From the NCBI RefSeq assembly GCF_020745735.1, contig NW_026867509.1, positions 992,001 through 1,056,000 on the forward strand: a stretch of 64,000 nucleotides of DNA. The letters are read 5' to 3'. This DNA is from Hemiscyllium ocellatum. Taxonomy: Eukaryota. Positions 11,699-23,771 of this stretch are shown here, one piece after another. The position numbers were made by a program, and so were the translations under genes. The stretch's first letter is position 1. Each line of letters opens with the position of its first letter. The notes beneath the pieces were generated by a model. That model worked only from the letters and a program-made list of their open reading frames with translations, had not been told where the DNA came from and ran no database searches.

Positions 11699-13736
11699 AT
11701 GAAGGAGTTGAGGTTCAGTTCGTATATACACTTATGACGTAATAGGCAGGCAAAACTACCAGAACTGGCAGAGGGACACACGGAACTGTGTAGTCCTGAA
11801 AGACTCAGAGACTTGTAACAGCATGGCAAGCCAATAAAAGATGGATGTATTGATGCATACTCTGACAAGCATGTCGAGAACATTCCAGATTATTGTGTGA
11901 AAGATAGAATCCGAAGACGGAAATACAGATCACGGCACATTAGTGCAGAGAGGAAATGGGCGAAAGTGCATGATATTATGTTGTCCGTTGAATTCAGAAG
12001 GGAGGTTTTACGCGTAATACATGAACTACCCGTACGAGGTCACCTTGGGTTCGAAAAATACAGGCATAACAATACAAAAGCATTGTTATTGGACTGGAAC
12101 GCACATGGATGTGGTTAACTTTTGACACATGTGTCTAACATGCCAAATCGTATTTAAGTCACAGACGGTAATAAAACCAGCAACTTTGTTGCCAATTCCC
12201 CCATTTGAAGAACCTTTCATGCGGGCTATAATTGATTCTCTAGGTCCCCTCCCGTGTACTGAAAGTGTGAACCAGTACTTGTTAACCATAATAGATATGT
12301 CTACCAGATTTCTGGAGGCAATTGTATTATGGAATATGAAGGTAAAAAGAGTAGTGAAGGACTTAGTAGGTTTCTTCACACGGTAGGGTCTACCCAGAAA
12401 GATTCAATTGTACCCAGAGTCAAGGTTTGCTGCCAGACTCATGAAGGAGGTTATGGATAGCTTAGGTATACAGCACTTTAAACCAAATGCGTATCATCCT
12501 GAATCCCAGCGAGCTTTAGAAAGTTGGGATCAGACCTTACAGACCATTTTGAGAGTATACTTTCAGGATTATCCGAACGATTGGGATAAAGGCATCCCAT
12601 TGGTATTGTTTACTATTAGAGATGCCCCGAACGAATCTACTCAGTTTACTCCCTTTGAGTGAACACTCGATCATGAAGTGAGAGGCCCTTTGAAATTAAT
12701 TAAGTAAAAATTTTGCCGGACCAAAATTGCAAATCTCACAATTAGATTATGTATCAGAGCTGACGGAGAGATTAAATCGAGTTTAGATGAATAACGAAAA
12801 CAGCACCTGTAAAGGGCACAGTATAGAATGAAGCAGGTGGCAAATAAAAGCTCTGAGACTCGAAAGTTTTCCTGAGGGGAAAACGTATTGATACTGTTAC
12901 CAGTGATAGGAGATCCCCTCAAAGCCAGGTTTAGTGGTTCCTTTCAAATTGAGAAAAATTTGACTCAGGCGAACTGTTTAGTAAAGATGCCAGATAGAAA
13001 GAGAGATGTATCGGACATGTCATGTGAACATATTTAAACACTATTACCCTGGAGAGAAAGAATTGGAGAAACAGGTGTTTGTTACTGCCCCACAGAAGGA
13101 GAAATCAAATCCAGACTATATGGGTTTTGAAGTGCTTCAAAATCGATTAAAACATGAAGTCCTTCGGGCGTGGGGTACGTCAGTAAGCTATCTGTCTCAG
13201 GAGCATACAATTCAGTTGAAAGATTTGTTACTGCAACACACAGCCATATGCTAGAATCAGATGAGGAGGACTAATGCGATTGTACGTGAAGTAGACAGAG
13301 GAAACACAGCTCAAATAAAACAACACCTCTACCGGCTTAATCCTTTCAAAGCCAGAAGGGTCCAAAATGGGGTAGAGGTCTTACTAGATGAAGCAATCAT
13401 CGAACCAAGCCAGATCGAACGGGGTTCACTGATCTTCTTCGTTCCCAATCCGGATGGGACTCAACAGCCTCTGCATGGATTATCAGAAGATCAATGCCAT
13501 TATAAATTCGGACTCATATCCAATTCCGAGATTGGAGGACTATATCGAGAAAGTTGGACACGCCAGTTACGTCACCAAGTTGGACGTAATGCATGATTAC
13601 TGGAAGGTAGCTTTGCCAGAGATGGCGAAAGAAATTTCTGCATTTGTAACCACAAATGGGCTGCATCAGTTTAAAGTAACGCCCTTTCAAATGAAGAATG
13701 GGCCCGCCATATTGCAAAGACTCATGAAGAGGGTTG

Positions 13737-14016
13737 GAGCGGCATGGTGGCTCAGTGGTTAGCACTGTTGCCCCACAGTATCAGGGTCCAGTGTTGGATT
13801 CCAGCCTCGGGCAATTGCGTGGAGTTTGCGCATTTTCCCTGTATCTGCGTGGGTGTGATGTGGTTTCCTCCCACAGTCAGGTGAACTGGCCAAGCTAAAT
13901 TGCCCATAGTGGTTGGTGTATCAGTCAGAGGGAATGGGTCGGGTGGGTTACTCTATGGAGGGTCGGTGTGGACTGGTTGGGCCGAAGAGCCTGTTTCCAC
14001 ACTGTAGGGAATCTAA
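13737..14016 (+). mobile_element. HE1-like tRNA-derived SINE inserted in the Gmr1 RT
   Basis: A-box tggctcagtgg, central gtggagtttgc...ctgcgtggg...gctaaattgccc domain, and CR1-like tail gggccgaagagcctgtttcc. Confidence 0.85.
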
Positions 14017-15377
14017 GTTAACGAACAGTGCAGTCCATTTCGACGATGTAGAGATCTTTAGTGTGTCCTGGAAAGATCACATGGCACAGCTGGCGGAGCT
14101 ATTGAGTTTGCTACTGTCTTTCCAACATTTTGATGTGTGTGTCACGAACAAAGTGCTGGTGTCAGTTGTGTACACTGATCACAATCTGCTCACATTCTTA
14201 GAACGTTTTAAAGTTTAGAATTTGAGACTAATTCATTGGAGTCGAATGTAACAACCATTTAAATAAAAAATCATCCATTATCCGGCTCAGAAGGACGTCA
14301 TCAAAGATGCGTTATCATTGATTTAACTGATGGAGTTTAGATGAGATTTGTCTTTATTTAATGTTATATATGTACAGGTATATGGGATGAAGTAAAGGTG
14401 AACTTATATTCAATTTCCCTGTATGTCAGCGTCATTTGTTTAAAAAGTAGAGAAAAAATAAAGTCATCTTTTCATTATGATAGTTCATTTTCAGTTGGGG
14501 GGAATCTGTGATGAAGAATTGGGTGTACCCTAAGAGAGTTAAAAGCAGCAGAACTACCGGACATGGAACCAAGAATTCTCAATAAGGTAACAATGTTCCA
14601 CTTGATCGAACAACTCGATTAGGTCTAACCCTGATCAAATTATTCCTTTCTAGATGATTATAAATCATTATTCTAATAATCATTTCCAGCAGTTTGCCCA
14701 CACCGAAGTTGGCTCACTGGTCTGTCATTTCCAGCGCTGGCTCTACTCTCTTATTGAATATTTGCTATTCTCCCGTCTTCTGACACGAATCCTGCCGATA
14801 ATGACGACATAAAGATAAAAGTGACAGTCTCTGAAATCTCCGCCCGAGCTTCCCAGCGAATGCTAAGATAAATCCCATCCAGTCCAGGGTATTTAGCGAT
14901 TTTTGCACCTTCCAGAATAGCTAACACATCCTCCTTATGAATCTCAACCCTGTCTTGTCTAATAGCCTATATCTTAGTAAGCTCCTCGACAGCATTGTCT
15001 TTTTGCTGTGTAAATACTGACGAAAAATATTCATGTTAGGTCTCTCCTATCTCTTTGGACTCCACACATAACTTACTACTCCTGTCCTTGATTGGCCCTA
15101 ACTTTAGTCTCGTCATTCATTTATTTCTGACATACTTATAGAAAGATTTATGGCCTTTCTTGGTCCAAAGACGTTTCATGCCCCCTCCTGGCTCTTCTTA
15201 GCTCTCTGTTTAGGTCTTTTCTGGCTAACATGTATTTCTGAAGCGCTCGGGCTGAGCCTTCAAGCCTCATCTTTCCATAAGTCTCCTTCTTCCTCTTGAA
15301 AAGAAATTCAACTTCCTTCGTAAACCACGGTTCAGTCTCTCAACCATTTCCCCTCTGCCTGACAGTTGCATAATTAG

Positions 15378-15568
15378 AGCAGAAAAATGTATTGCTGGAA
15401 AAGTGCAGCAGGTCAGGCAGCATCCAACGATCAGGAGAATCGACGTTTCGGGCATAAGCCCTTCTTCAGGACTCCTGTTCCTTGGATGCTGCCTGACCTG
15501 CTCGCTTTTCCAGCAGCACATTTTTCAGCTCTGATCTCCAGCACCTACAGTCCTCACTTTCTCCTAGT
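15378..15568 (-). mobile_element. Short palindromic element with a minimal hammerhead-ribozyme core (Penelope-like LTR derivative)
   Basis: Inverted arms at 15394-15426 and 15483-15517 flank gagtc-CTGAAGA-A-GGGCttatGCCC-GAAACGTC-gattc (15437-15474, - strand). Confidence 0.75.
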
Positions 15569-15886
15569 TAGATAATTGCCAATGACACGCAATAGTTATT
15601 CCTTGAACGTGCTCCACATTTCAGTTGTGCGCACCCCCTTCAGTTTCTTACCTAGTCCTAGGCATCCTAAACCTTGCTTTATCACTTCATAACTACTTTC
15701 CGTCCAGCTATGCCTCTTGCCATGCAATAAATTGTTATCGCTTTCCGTCACTAAAATAACCGTAACTGAATTATGGTCACTATCTCAAAAGAGCTTATAA
15801 ACCTCCAAAACTAACATCTGGCCTGGTTCCTTACCCAGAGACAAATCCAGTGCGGCTTTGCCTCTTGTTAGTCTATATACATACTG

Positions 15887-16100
15887 TCGAGAGTGTAATG
15901 CTGGAAAACCACTGCAGGTCTGGCAGCATCCAAGGATCGGGAGAATCGAACTCTGGACATAAACCCTTCTTCAGCCCATTGCTGATTCAGGGTTTATGCC
16001 CGAAACATCGATTCTCCTGCTTCCCGAATGCTGCCTGACCTGGTGTGCTTTTCCAGCACCAGACTCTCGACTCTGATCACCAGGATCTGACGTCCTCATC
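15887..16100. mobile_element. Palindromic element of the same family, two degenerate head-to-head hammerhead-like cores
   Basis: gctggaaaaccactgcaggtctggcagcatcc...gctgattcagggtttatgcccgaaacatcga...gaatgctgcctgacctggtgtgcttttccagc. Confidence 0.7.
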
Positions 16101-19100
16101 AAACGTCCTTTGTCAACAATTTCCCTCTTTTACCAGCTTCTCTCATCTTACTGAAACATCTGAAGCCCAGAAGCTATAACAATCAGTCGTGTCACTGCTC
16201 TGTCCATATCTCCGAAATGCCTGCAACATCGAAGTCCCAGGTGCCAACCCATGCTGCAATGTCACCAGCGTTATTCCAGATGCTCCTCGTGATCAAGTAA
16301 ACACATGACAAATCACTGTTCCACTTTCTGGTACATTCCTGTGACTTGACACCTTACATATGACCTCACTACACTAATCCTCCTGAACTCTGCAGCATAT
16401 ATTCAGGTTCCTATCCCCCTGCTGAATTAGCAAAAATGTTCCGAAGAGCATCAACAAATCCAGCACCCAAACCATAAACTGGTACCCCTCCGGTTCAGGT
16501 GCAGTCCTACTTATTTTTCCATGTGCCTCAATTATCCAGGTCTATGAATCCCTCCCTCCTGCATCATCCCTGTCGTTACATGTTCGACTGCTCTCTCAAC
16601 CTGTTCCTCACCACGCTAGGTTGTGGTTCAAGTAACAAGCCAGAGATAACAGCTGTCTTTTTATAGCTCTAAGTTTCCAGCCGAGCATCTTGAATTTTTG
16701 ACTTACATCCACATCTCTTTTCCTACCAATGTCATTGGTCCTCCTGTAGATCACGATTTGGGACCGCTAGCCCCTCCTGAAAGATACCGAAAACATGATC
16801 TGAACATTCCTGGTGTTAGCACTTGGGAGGTAACACACCAACCACAAGATTCTCACATTCGCACAAGGTCTCCTTTCTTTACCACTAACTATTGGAGACC
16901 CTAGTGACTAATGCTCTCTTCCTTTTCCTCTTCTTCTTCCCCTTTCCCTTCTGAGCTACGGGGACAGACTCTGTCCCAGAGACATGTAGCCCATGGCTTA
17001 CCCCTGGTAAGTTATCCCCCCCAATAGTATCCAAAACGATCTACTTGTCATTGAGGTAAACGGAAAAAAGGATTTCCCTGCACTGTCTACGTGTTCCCTC
17101 TCTGTCCCTGAACTGTCACCAATCTACCATTTTCCTGAACATCCCTGTAACTAATCTCAATTGCCCCACAGCCTCCTGAAAGTTCTGAAGACCATCAGTT
17201 CCAGCTCAAATTCCCTAATGCGGTTTCCAAGCAGCTGGAGTTGGGTACCTTCCCGCAAATGAAGTCAGTGGGGACACTGGTGGTGATCAATACCTCCTAC
17301 ATTCTAGAGAAGGATCATTCGGATGCCCAACCATTCAATCACAAACAAACTATATATAGAAGAACAAGTAACCTTTCCAAATCGGGGCTCAGAACATTTT
17401 GGTTTTGGTTAGAGCAGGAGGATGGGTGGGAGACACTACTGAAGCAAAGCAACCACCTAAATATGCTGCCTCATTTACTCATCTGTCCTGTATCCGGTCC
17501 CGCTCAGCTTGCGCTCTGCCTCATCACAAGGAAAGTTTTGAAAGGCTTCACTTACATTTCCACCAAACCATTGGTGCTCGCTCTCGTTCCCCCCGCTGCA
17601 GTTGCAAAAAATGTAGACCACTGATCCCAAGTGCTGGGCTTTTGAACAATTAATTTCTCTACACAGCAGCCCCCTGTTCATCACTATTGTTGCTCCAGCT
17701 ACTGCTGCAAAGAATTGGATCCAGACAGCAGGAATATTACAATAGATCCAGAGACACGTAGCGCTGTTTTGATGCAAACAGAAAGCTGCTACTTGATCTA
17801 GAGAACAGGAATAATTCAGTCGATTCAGGACTAAGTTATTTCCACGTCTGTGGTAAAATGCTGACTTGTGTGACTTACATTTGTACCGCCTGTTTCACGC
17901 AGTCAGTGACCAGGACTTACTGAAATGCAACAGCTTAATGACTCGGTATAAAGTTATGAAGCATCTCGGAATTTCACAGAAGCTTTCGGCCATTTAAAGT
18001 CACATGATCAAAAGCTTAAAGTAATCAGTTACAAGGCGTGTTATGATGGAGGAAAACGAAGTAAAAGGTTTTCAAACATTCCGGAAGTAAATTTCTAATT
18101 TTAGGTTCCAGACTGCACAAGACACGGTCACCAACGGTAGGGTTTCAAATTCGGCGATAAAAAAGTATTTGGAGACGGTGTTCTCTGTCCCTAGGTCCAT
18201 AGCCCAAACTAGCGTGGATACTGGAGGTTCATTCAAATGTTGGCGAAACTCCACAGGTTTGGCAGGATCTGTATAGTACGACCCAAATGTGAGTCTTCAA
18301 ACCAGAACTATAACAGTTTCTATCTGTGTAAATACTACCAGTGCTGATGAGTTTCTCCAAATGTCCTGTTTTAATAAAGGGCATCAAAGCTCCTTGTTTA
18401 TTGTTTTGTCACAAACTGAGCGACAACTGAATCCAATCTGTGTAAGCAATTTCAATTTAACATATTTCGAATCGTTTGGACCTCACTGCTACATCCAGGC
18501 AAAGTTTTAGAAGTGGTTTAAGGGAAAAAGAACAAAATCAGTAAAATTAAAAGTTGGAAAGAGCAGACGTGGACATTCTGAGGAAAGCTCACATCGTTAG
18601 TTTCTAAAAAGACTTAGATGAGTATCATTCAGATTGGACACCTCCCACCACCAGCACTAGCCCCTATTTCAGACTAATTACTGGAAAGATTGGATGGTCC
18701 GTGGACGACACTCGATCTGTATTGTCTCCAGTTTCAAAGAATAGGTATTAATCTAATTCAAATTTCGAATTCCTTTCTAGGGTTAAATTATATCAACACG
18801 CATAAAGGAATTGAAGAAACTGTTTGTTCAAGACTTTTGTGAAGATTTGTACCTCAGGTTGAGGTTCCGACCATGAGTTTGCTCAGATACTTCGTCACCA
18901 TGGTGTTACCCAGCATGGTGACGAAACGTCCAAGAACAAACCTACCAGCTCGGCCAGCAAAGTTACAACCTGAACTGTTTGCTCAAAACTCTGGGAAAGT
19001 TTGCTTGGCATGTCAATTAAATATATTCACCACAACATTCTCACAGGAATACATCATTTTTTAATCAGGATCTCAGTTTAAGACTGACTGAAACTGCAGA

Positions 19101-19692
19101 AATTGAGGTACAGTTTTCGAGATCAAATGTTTGACAGAGGTTCTGCTGGCGTGCTCAGCATTAAACACCACCAACACTGTTGATTTACAATGAAGACGGG
19201 GATGGGCAGGAAACAAAAGAAAATAGTGCTGAAGATGCTGGAGTGGAGAATTTTGCTTTTGGGTTCTTCCAGTATCGCAACTTCAGATTCTTTGCTGAAC
19301 ACAGTTGACCCAATAGAAACAAGGGCTGCATACCAAGCTCATGTCCGCGAGGCCAAGGAAGGATGAAGCGATCACTGACAGAAAATGTCTCCACCTTTAA
19401 CCCCACCCCCGATCCCTGTGCATTGAGCGAACGTGGGAGGGGATTACAAATCCAGCTCACAGAGCTGGTGAAGTCACATAAAACGGGAAGTTCCCTCTGC
19501 AAGCCTACCACTTAATCAGACAACGAAAGTACAGAGATCTTGAATCCATTCGGCCCATCAACCACCTCACTGACTCTGCCTGCAAATCACCTCCATTCAT
19601 ATCTAGTAATACGGTGCAGGACACGATCGGATCTACCAGAATAATCTGTCATTCCCCATCATCAAAAGCCATCAGCTCCCAGCTAGCGAACG

Positions 19693-20181
19693 ATGGGTGC
19701 CCTCCTTGGTTTGGTCCTGTGTCTCTGTTTACCCTGTGAGTACCAATCACGGAAAGCAACATCGTGTGAATGAAAAACTACAATCTTACTCAAGTTCGTC
19801 TGAATTACAGGCATGGTCTGGAATTTGAACCGCGTTGTGTGGGTCAGTTCTATTGCCCATTTACTTCTTTTTGTTTAATTTGCAGGTTTGTTCAGTCAGT
19901 CAGTGACACAGAAACCTTTAAATGTTTCTAAGAACGAGTGTGAGTCCCTCACCATCACCTGTGTTTTTAATGCATATCATTGGTATTACACTTATCGTTT
20001 TGAGAGTGGAACATTCTTCAAACAAACGCAGACAGCCACAGAATGGGAGCGGATCTCCAGCGGCGGGAGGTTTGTTCTGTCGACGGATAAAGCTCAAAAG
20101 ACATTTTCGTTGAAAATTCGGGATGCCAGAGTTGAAGACACCGCCACCTATTACTGTAAAGCTGGATACTGGAGCAATGCA
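19693..20181 (+). CDS. NAR-TCR (IgNAR-like) V segment 1: leader exon 19693-19735, V exon 19886-20181
   Basis: MGALLGLVLCLCLP|gt...ag|CLFSQSVTQKPLNVSKNECESLTITC...ERISSGGRFVLSTDKAQKTFSLKIRDARVEDTATYYCKA. VNAR-like framework with short CDR2 and an extra FR1 Cys. Confidence 0.92.
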
Positions 20182-20219
20182 CACAGTGACAGGCCTCGGC
20201 TTCCCGTCGCTCAAAAACT
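20182..20219 (+). promoter_or_regulatory. 22-spacer RSS of NAR-V1
   Basis: CACAGTG, 22-nt spacer, TCAAAAACT. Confidence 0.88.
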
Positions 20220-20534
20220 CTCACAGGAGATTATTCCAGAAATAAATTGAAACCCAGTGAATCTGCCCAGAAAATCGCACAGCTCTGCCTTTTAATTTCT
20301 GCCCCATAGTCCAATTTACATATCTACTGGATTATTGTCAATAACAAGATGGTTTTCACAGATGCCAAGTGTGTTTGGATGGTGAATCCTTTGTCGGGAT
20401 TTGTGTGGCTGAATGGAAGTTAGGAATAATTGATCACGATTACAGCATATTGACACGAGTCTTAATCCTATTCTCACAGCTGGAATCAGGAATTACCGTC
20501 CACCTGTCAAACCCAAATCTCAACTGGTCCTGGA

Positions 20535-20606
20535 AAGTTTTAAATTGATTTGCAACATTGTGTGATATTGGCAACAGACACAATGAAAGGAGCCTAACCA
20601 AATACC
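20535..20606 (+). other. NAR-TCR D segment 1 (16 nt, 20563-20578) with 12/12 RSSs
   Basis: aagttttaa-12-CATTGTG | tgatattggcaacaga | CACAATG-12-CCAAATACC. Same length and position as D2; the 5' nonamer is weak. Confidence 0.78.
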
Positions 20607-20917
20607 TCTGTGCAATTTTATTACAATTTTTCCAGCAGCAATTGTCAATTGTCGGCAAGAAGTTCTCTTCACTGAAATATAAGTTGATATTTTTACTCAC
20701 TCGAGCAAGCACTAATTTCTTTGTTAGATTCTTCTCTGCTTATATGAAGAGAACACTTGACTCCCACGTTCATGTGCCATTTTACAAAAGACCAGGAAAT
20801 TAACTAGAGCCAAAGGAAACTTGGACGCAAGGAATATTGCTTAATTACCTAAAAGCTCTGAATTTTTAGAGTATTCAATAGCACGCTGATGATTTCTCGA
20901 CTATTCGAGATACCGTT

Positions 20918-21006
20918 GGTTCTTGTGCAGGGGAGACTAAGAGGAGTATTGCTGTGATATTATTACAATATCGATGGATCCGGGACAGTTGTGACTGTCA
21001 CACCTG
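20918..21006 (+). other. NAR-TCR J segment 1 (20957-21006) with 23-RSS
   Basis: GGTTCTTGT-23-TGCTGTG, then YYYNIDGSGTVVTVTP and a phase-1 donor G|gtaagt. Confidence 0.92.
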
Positions 21007-21199
21007 GTAAGTTACTCTGCACTCCGACTCGTTATAGACTATCTTCATGAATGTTCGGTTTAATATTTTGAACTTCAGTTGCAAAGAAACTCAAAACAAA
21101 CCTTTTGGAAGTAAACGTTTTGTAATATTTTCCAAATTTTGGGGAGAATAACGAACTCGATTCCTGATTTTCCCAAAAGAATTGTGGTTGTGGTATTGA

Positions 21200-21340
21200 A
21201 AAATTACATCGATGTTTCTGGGATAAGCCTTTCATCGTCGATTTTCCTGCTCTTCTGATGCTTCCTGTCTTGCTGTGCTTTTCCAGCGCAGCGCTCTCGA
21301 TTCTGATCTTCAGCATCTGCAGTCCTCACTTTCTCCTCCT
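21200..21340. mobile_element. Degenerate copy of the palindromic hammerhead-bearing element
   Basis: catcgatgtttctgggataagcctttcatcgtcgattttcctgctc...gctgtgcttttccagc...gcagtcctcactttctcc. Confidence 0.65.
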
Positions 21341-23461
21341 TTTCCAAAAGAAGGCATGTATTCAAATCGGTCCTGGGTCGGTGGTTTCACTGACCTGGAG
21401 TATTTCTCGCAAGTCAACGTTGGGGTCGCACCAGTATGGTAGAAAGTGTGGAGACTGAGAACACGAACAACACGATGTAACTCCAGGAATTACCTGTGGC
21501 TGGTGATACGAATTATAGTCGTTTTTTTATTCCTTTCCATTGCATTCATATGTGTCTGTATACAATGAACCATTTTCCCAGTTTTCCAACCTCAGACTTA
21601 AATTAGGAATTGTAAATACTTTTCGTCAATGTAGCCCTTTTGAGATTTCAGTTTGCTATATTTTAGCAGCATAAGGGTACAGTTTCAAACTTGACCTTTG
21701 CACATTTAAAACCAGCAAGATACGATTCCTCAAAAGGAAAACGCTGAGGGGACAATTTCCACGACATTGTCGGAGGTATAACCCTGACAAGAATATTTGG
21801 TGAGTTTTATATTGTGAAGGGCTGGTCGATGGATTGATGTTTCCTCTCCAATTGGTGTGTTTTGGAGCAAGTGCGGCTCTGATTTATCATACCGTCTCCT
21901 GAGATATTATTGCTATCCTTTGTGAAGTGATTACGAGTTCTCAGCTACATTGCATCGCGGTTAAAATAAAGAAAAGTCGTCTAATTTGAACATATAGAAT
22001 TGTTACAGGATAGACATCCAGTACAATTTATTCTGGGCTGAAAAGTCCATACAATCGTCACAGTTCGAGATTAAGGTCTCAGTTACTAGCACTGCCACAA
22101 GGAGAAATAATTCAATCAAGGCGTTTCCTTGAATATGCAGCATTCCGTTCCTCATAAAGCTTTGGAGGCCCAAAATTGCATGTTTTCGCCAGGTCTCTTC
22201 TCTCTGAGAAGCAGAGAAGCAGAAGGTGACCTCTTACAAATCATATATACCCTGACGCAGTTAATGGGGTGGATGAGATAAAACTCAGAGCAATGGTTCA
22301 TTAATGTATCATGCTCACTAACAGAATAAACCAAATCATGAAAGTAAAGATGAACTGCTAGCGAAATGTGGAATATTCCTCCAAGCAGAGGATTTAGGTC
22401 ACATTCTACTGAGTCATTGTTGGAATGTTTAGAAAACCGAGGGAGAAGGACAGATTAAATCTACTCAGCTTTCCAAATCAGAAATGTTAGTTAGATTTCA
22501 TGCGGGTTTGAACATTGGAGTATATGCAGAGCCATAAATCAGTTGGGCAGAGCTCCTGATTCCTTGTCTTCAGATCCACACCGAATACTCAGAAGACAAT
22601 AAATCGATGCCAGTTCAAATTCATAGAGAGTGCTGGGTTCCCAATGACGAACAGTAAAACCACACTTAGAACCAGTGCAGACTGATCCCAACCGACTATG
22701 GAGGGAAATCTGGGGGACCTATCAACAATTAGAAGAAACACAAAATGAAAAAAAATTATACAGCAGAAATAAATGAAAACTAAATTGAAATATTTCATGT
22801 TAGAAGTAAACAACCACAAAACGGATATGATTTGAAAAATAAACAAAATAAAACAATAGTTCCGACGTTAGGTAAAATCTCCTGGACAGAGGTAAACTGC
22901 TGAAAACGATTGACCAATCACTTTATTCATTTTGTATCTTGCTGTGTATAATGGCACAAAACTGTTGGGTGACATTCGGGCAGCTATTTTTGAAAATCGT
23001 CTCGACAGGTTATAAGAAGTTTACTCGAGTTGCATTTCACCACAGCAAATACAATCAGAAATATAACATTCATAACGGAATCATATAGGAGAGCATTCAA
23101 CACGCCTGCGTTTACTGCCTTTTTTCGTGTCCATTCAAATTATTCCTACTGTGTTTGGCTTTTCTCCACAGCCCGGCCTTCCTGTCCATTAAAGCTGCTG
23201 CTTATTTTCCATTTGAAATTTGCTGTTCAATGAGTTCCAATCACTCGTTTTGGCAGCTCATCAGACATTATAAGAAGACAACATATGAAAGAAAATGTCA
23301 CCCTATCTCCTCAGCAATTTATATTTCGATAAAAGAGAATAGATTCAAATGGACTGTCAACAAAGTTAACTGCCACAAAAACCAGGTCAATTTCGGTCAT
23401 TTGCAATTTCCCTGTATAAACAGTAGTTGAATAATTACTCATGTTCAATGTCATTCTGCAG

Positions 23462-23771
23462 ATTCCAGTACCCCGATATCTCAGAGACCGCTTGTTCAAA
23501 CCTCTCCTGCTGGTGACAACGTTACTCTAACTTGTAAGTATTCAGGATCCTGTCAGTACACAGTTTACTGGTACAGTCAGTCCCCAGGACAGGCTCCGAA
23601 ATATCTCCTTCAGAGAGACACTACAGGAGAAGCGAAGAAAGAAAATGCTGCTGGACTACGAATTTCGGAATCTTTTGATCCACAGGCAAAAATCAGTCGG
23701 TTAATGATCTCTCGAATACAACTAAGTGATTCTGCTGTTTATTACTGTGCAAGGAGTCGGCAGTCAGCACG
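23462..23771 (+). CDS. Leaderless supporting TCR V-delta of NAR-TCR cassette 1
   Basis: Acceptor ctgcag|, phase-1 compatible with J1. DSSTPISQRPLVQTSPAGDNVTLTCKYSGSCQYTVYWYSQSPGQAPKYLLQR...RIQLSDSAVYYCARSRQSA, with an extra CDR1 Cys and no stop codon. No leader exon was recognised between J1 and this exon. Confidence 0.93.

Larger units (their letters stand above)
10560..14620 (+). mobile_element. Gmr1-type Gypsy LTR retrotransposon relic (gag-PR-INT-RT-RH order)
   Basis: CCHC knuckle CFHCGKVGHLKTKC (about 10710). Integrase pieces ELPVRGHLG, IIDSLGPLP, AYHPESQRALE and WDKGIPLVLF (11990-12660) lie upstream of RT pieces IKQHLYRLNP, CMDYQKIN, YPIPRLED and HQFKVTPF (13310-13730). A purine run at 14497-14504 precedes a TGTGA LTR-like start at 14507. 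Confidence 0.85.
14620..17400 (-). mobile_element. Decayed CR1 LINE mosaic
   Basis: Reverse-complement similarity to the CR1 ORF2 sequence at 3039-4928, plus more 5' CR1-like sequence. It is interrupted by two palindromic elements. Confidence 0.7.
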
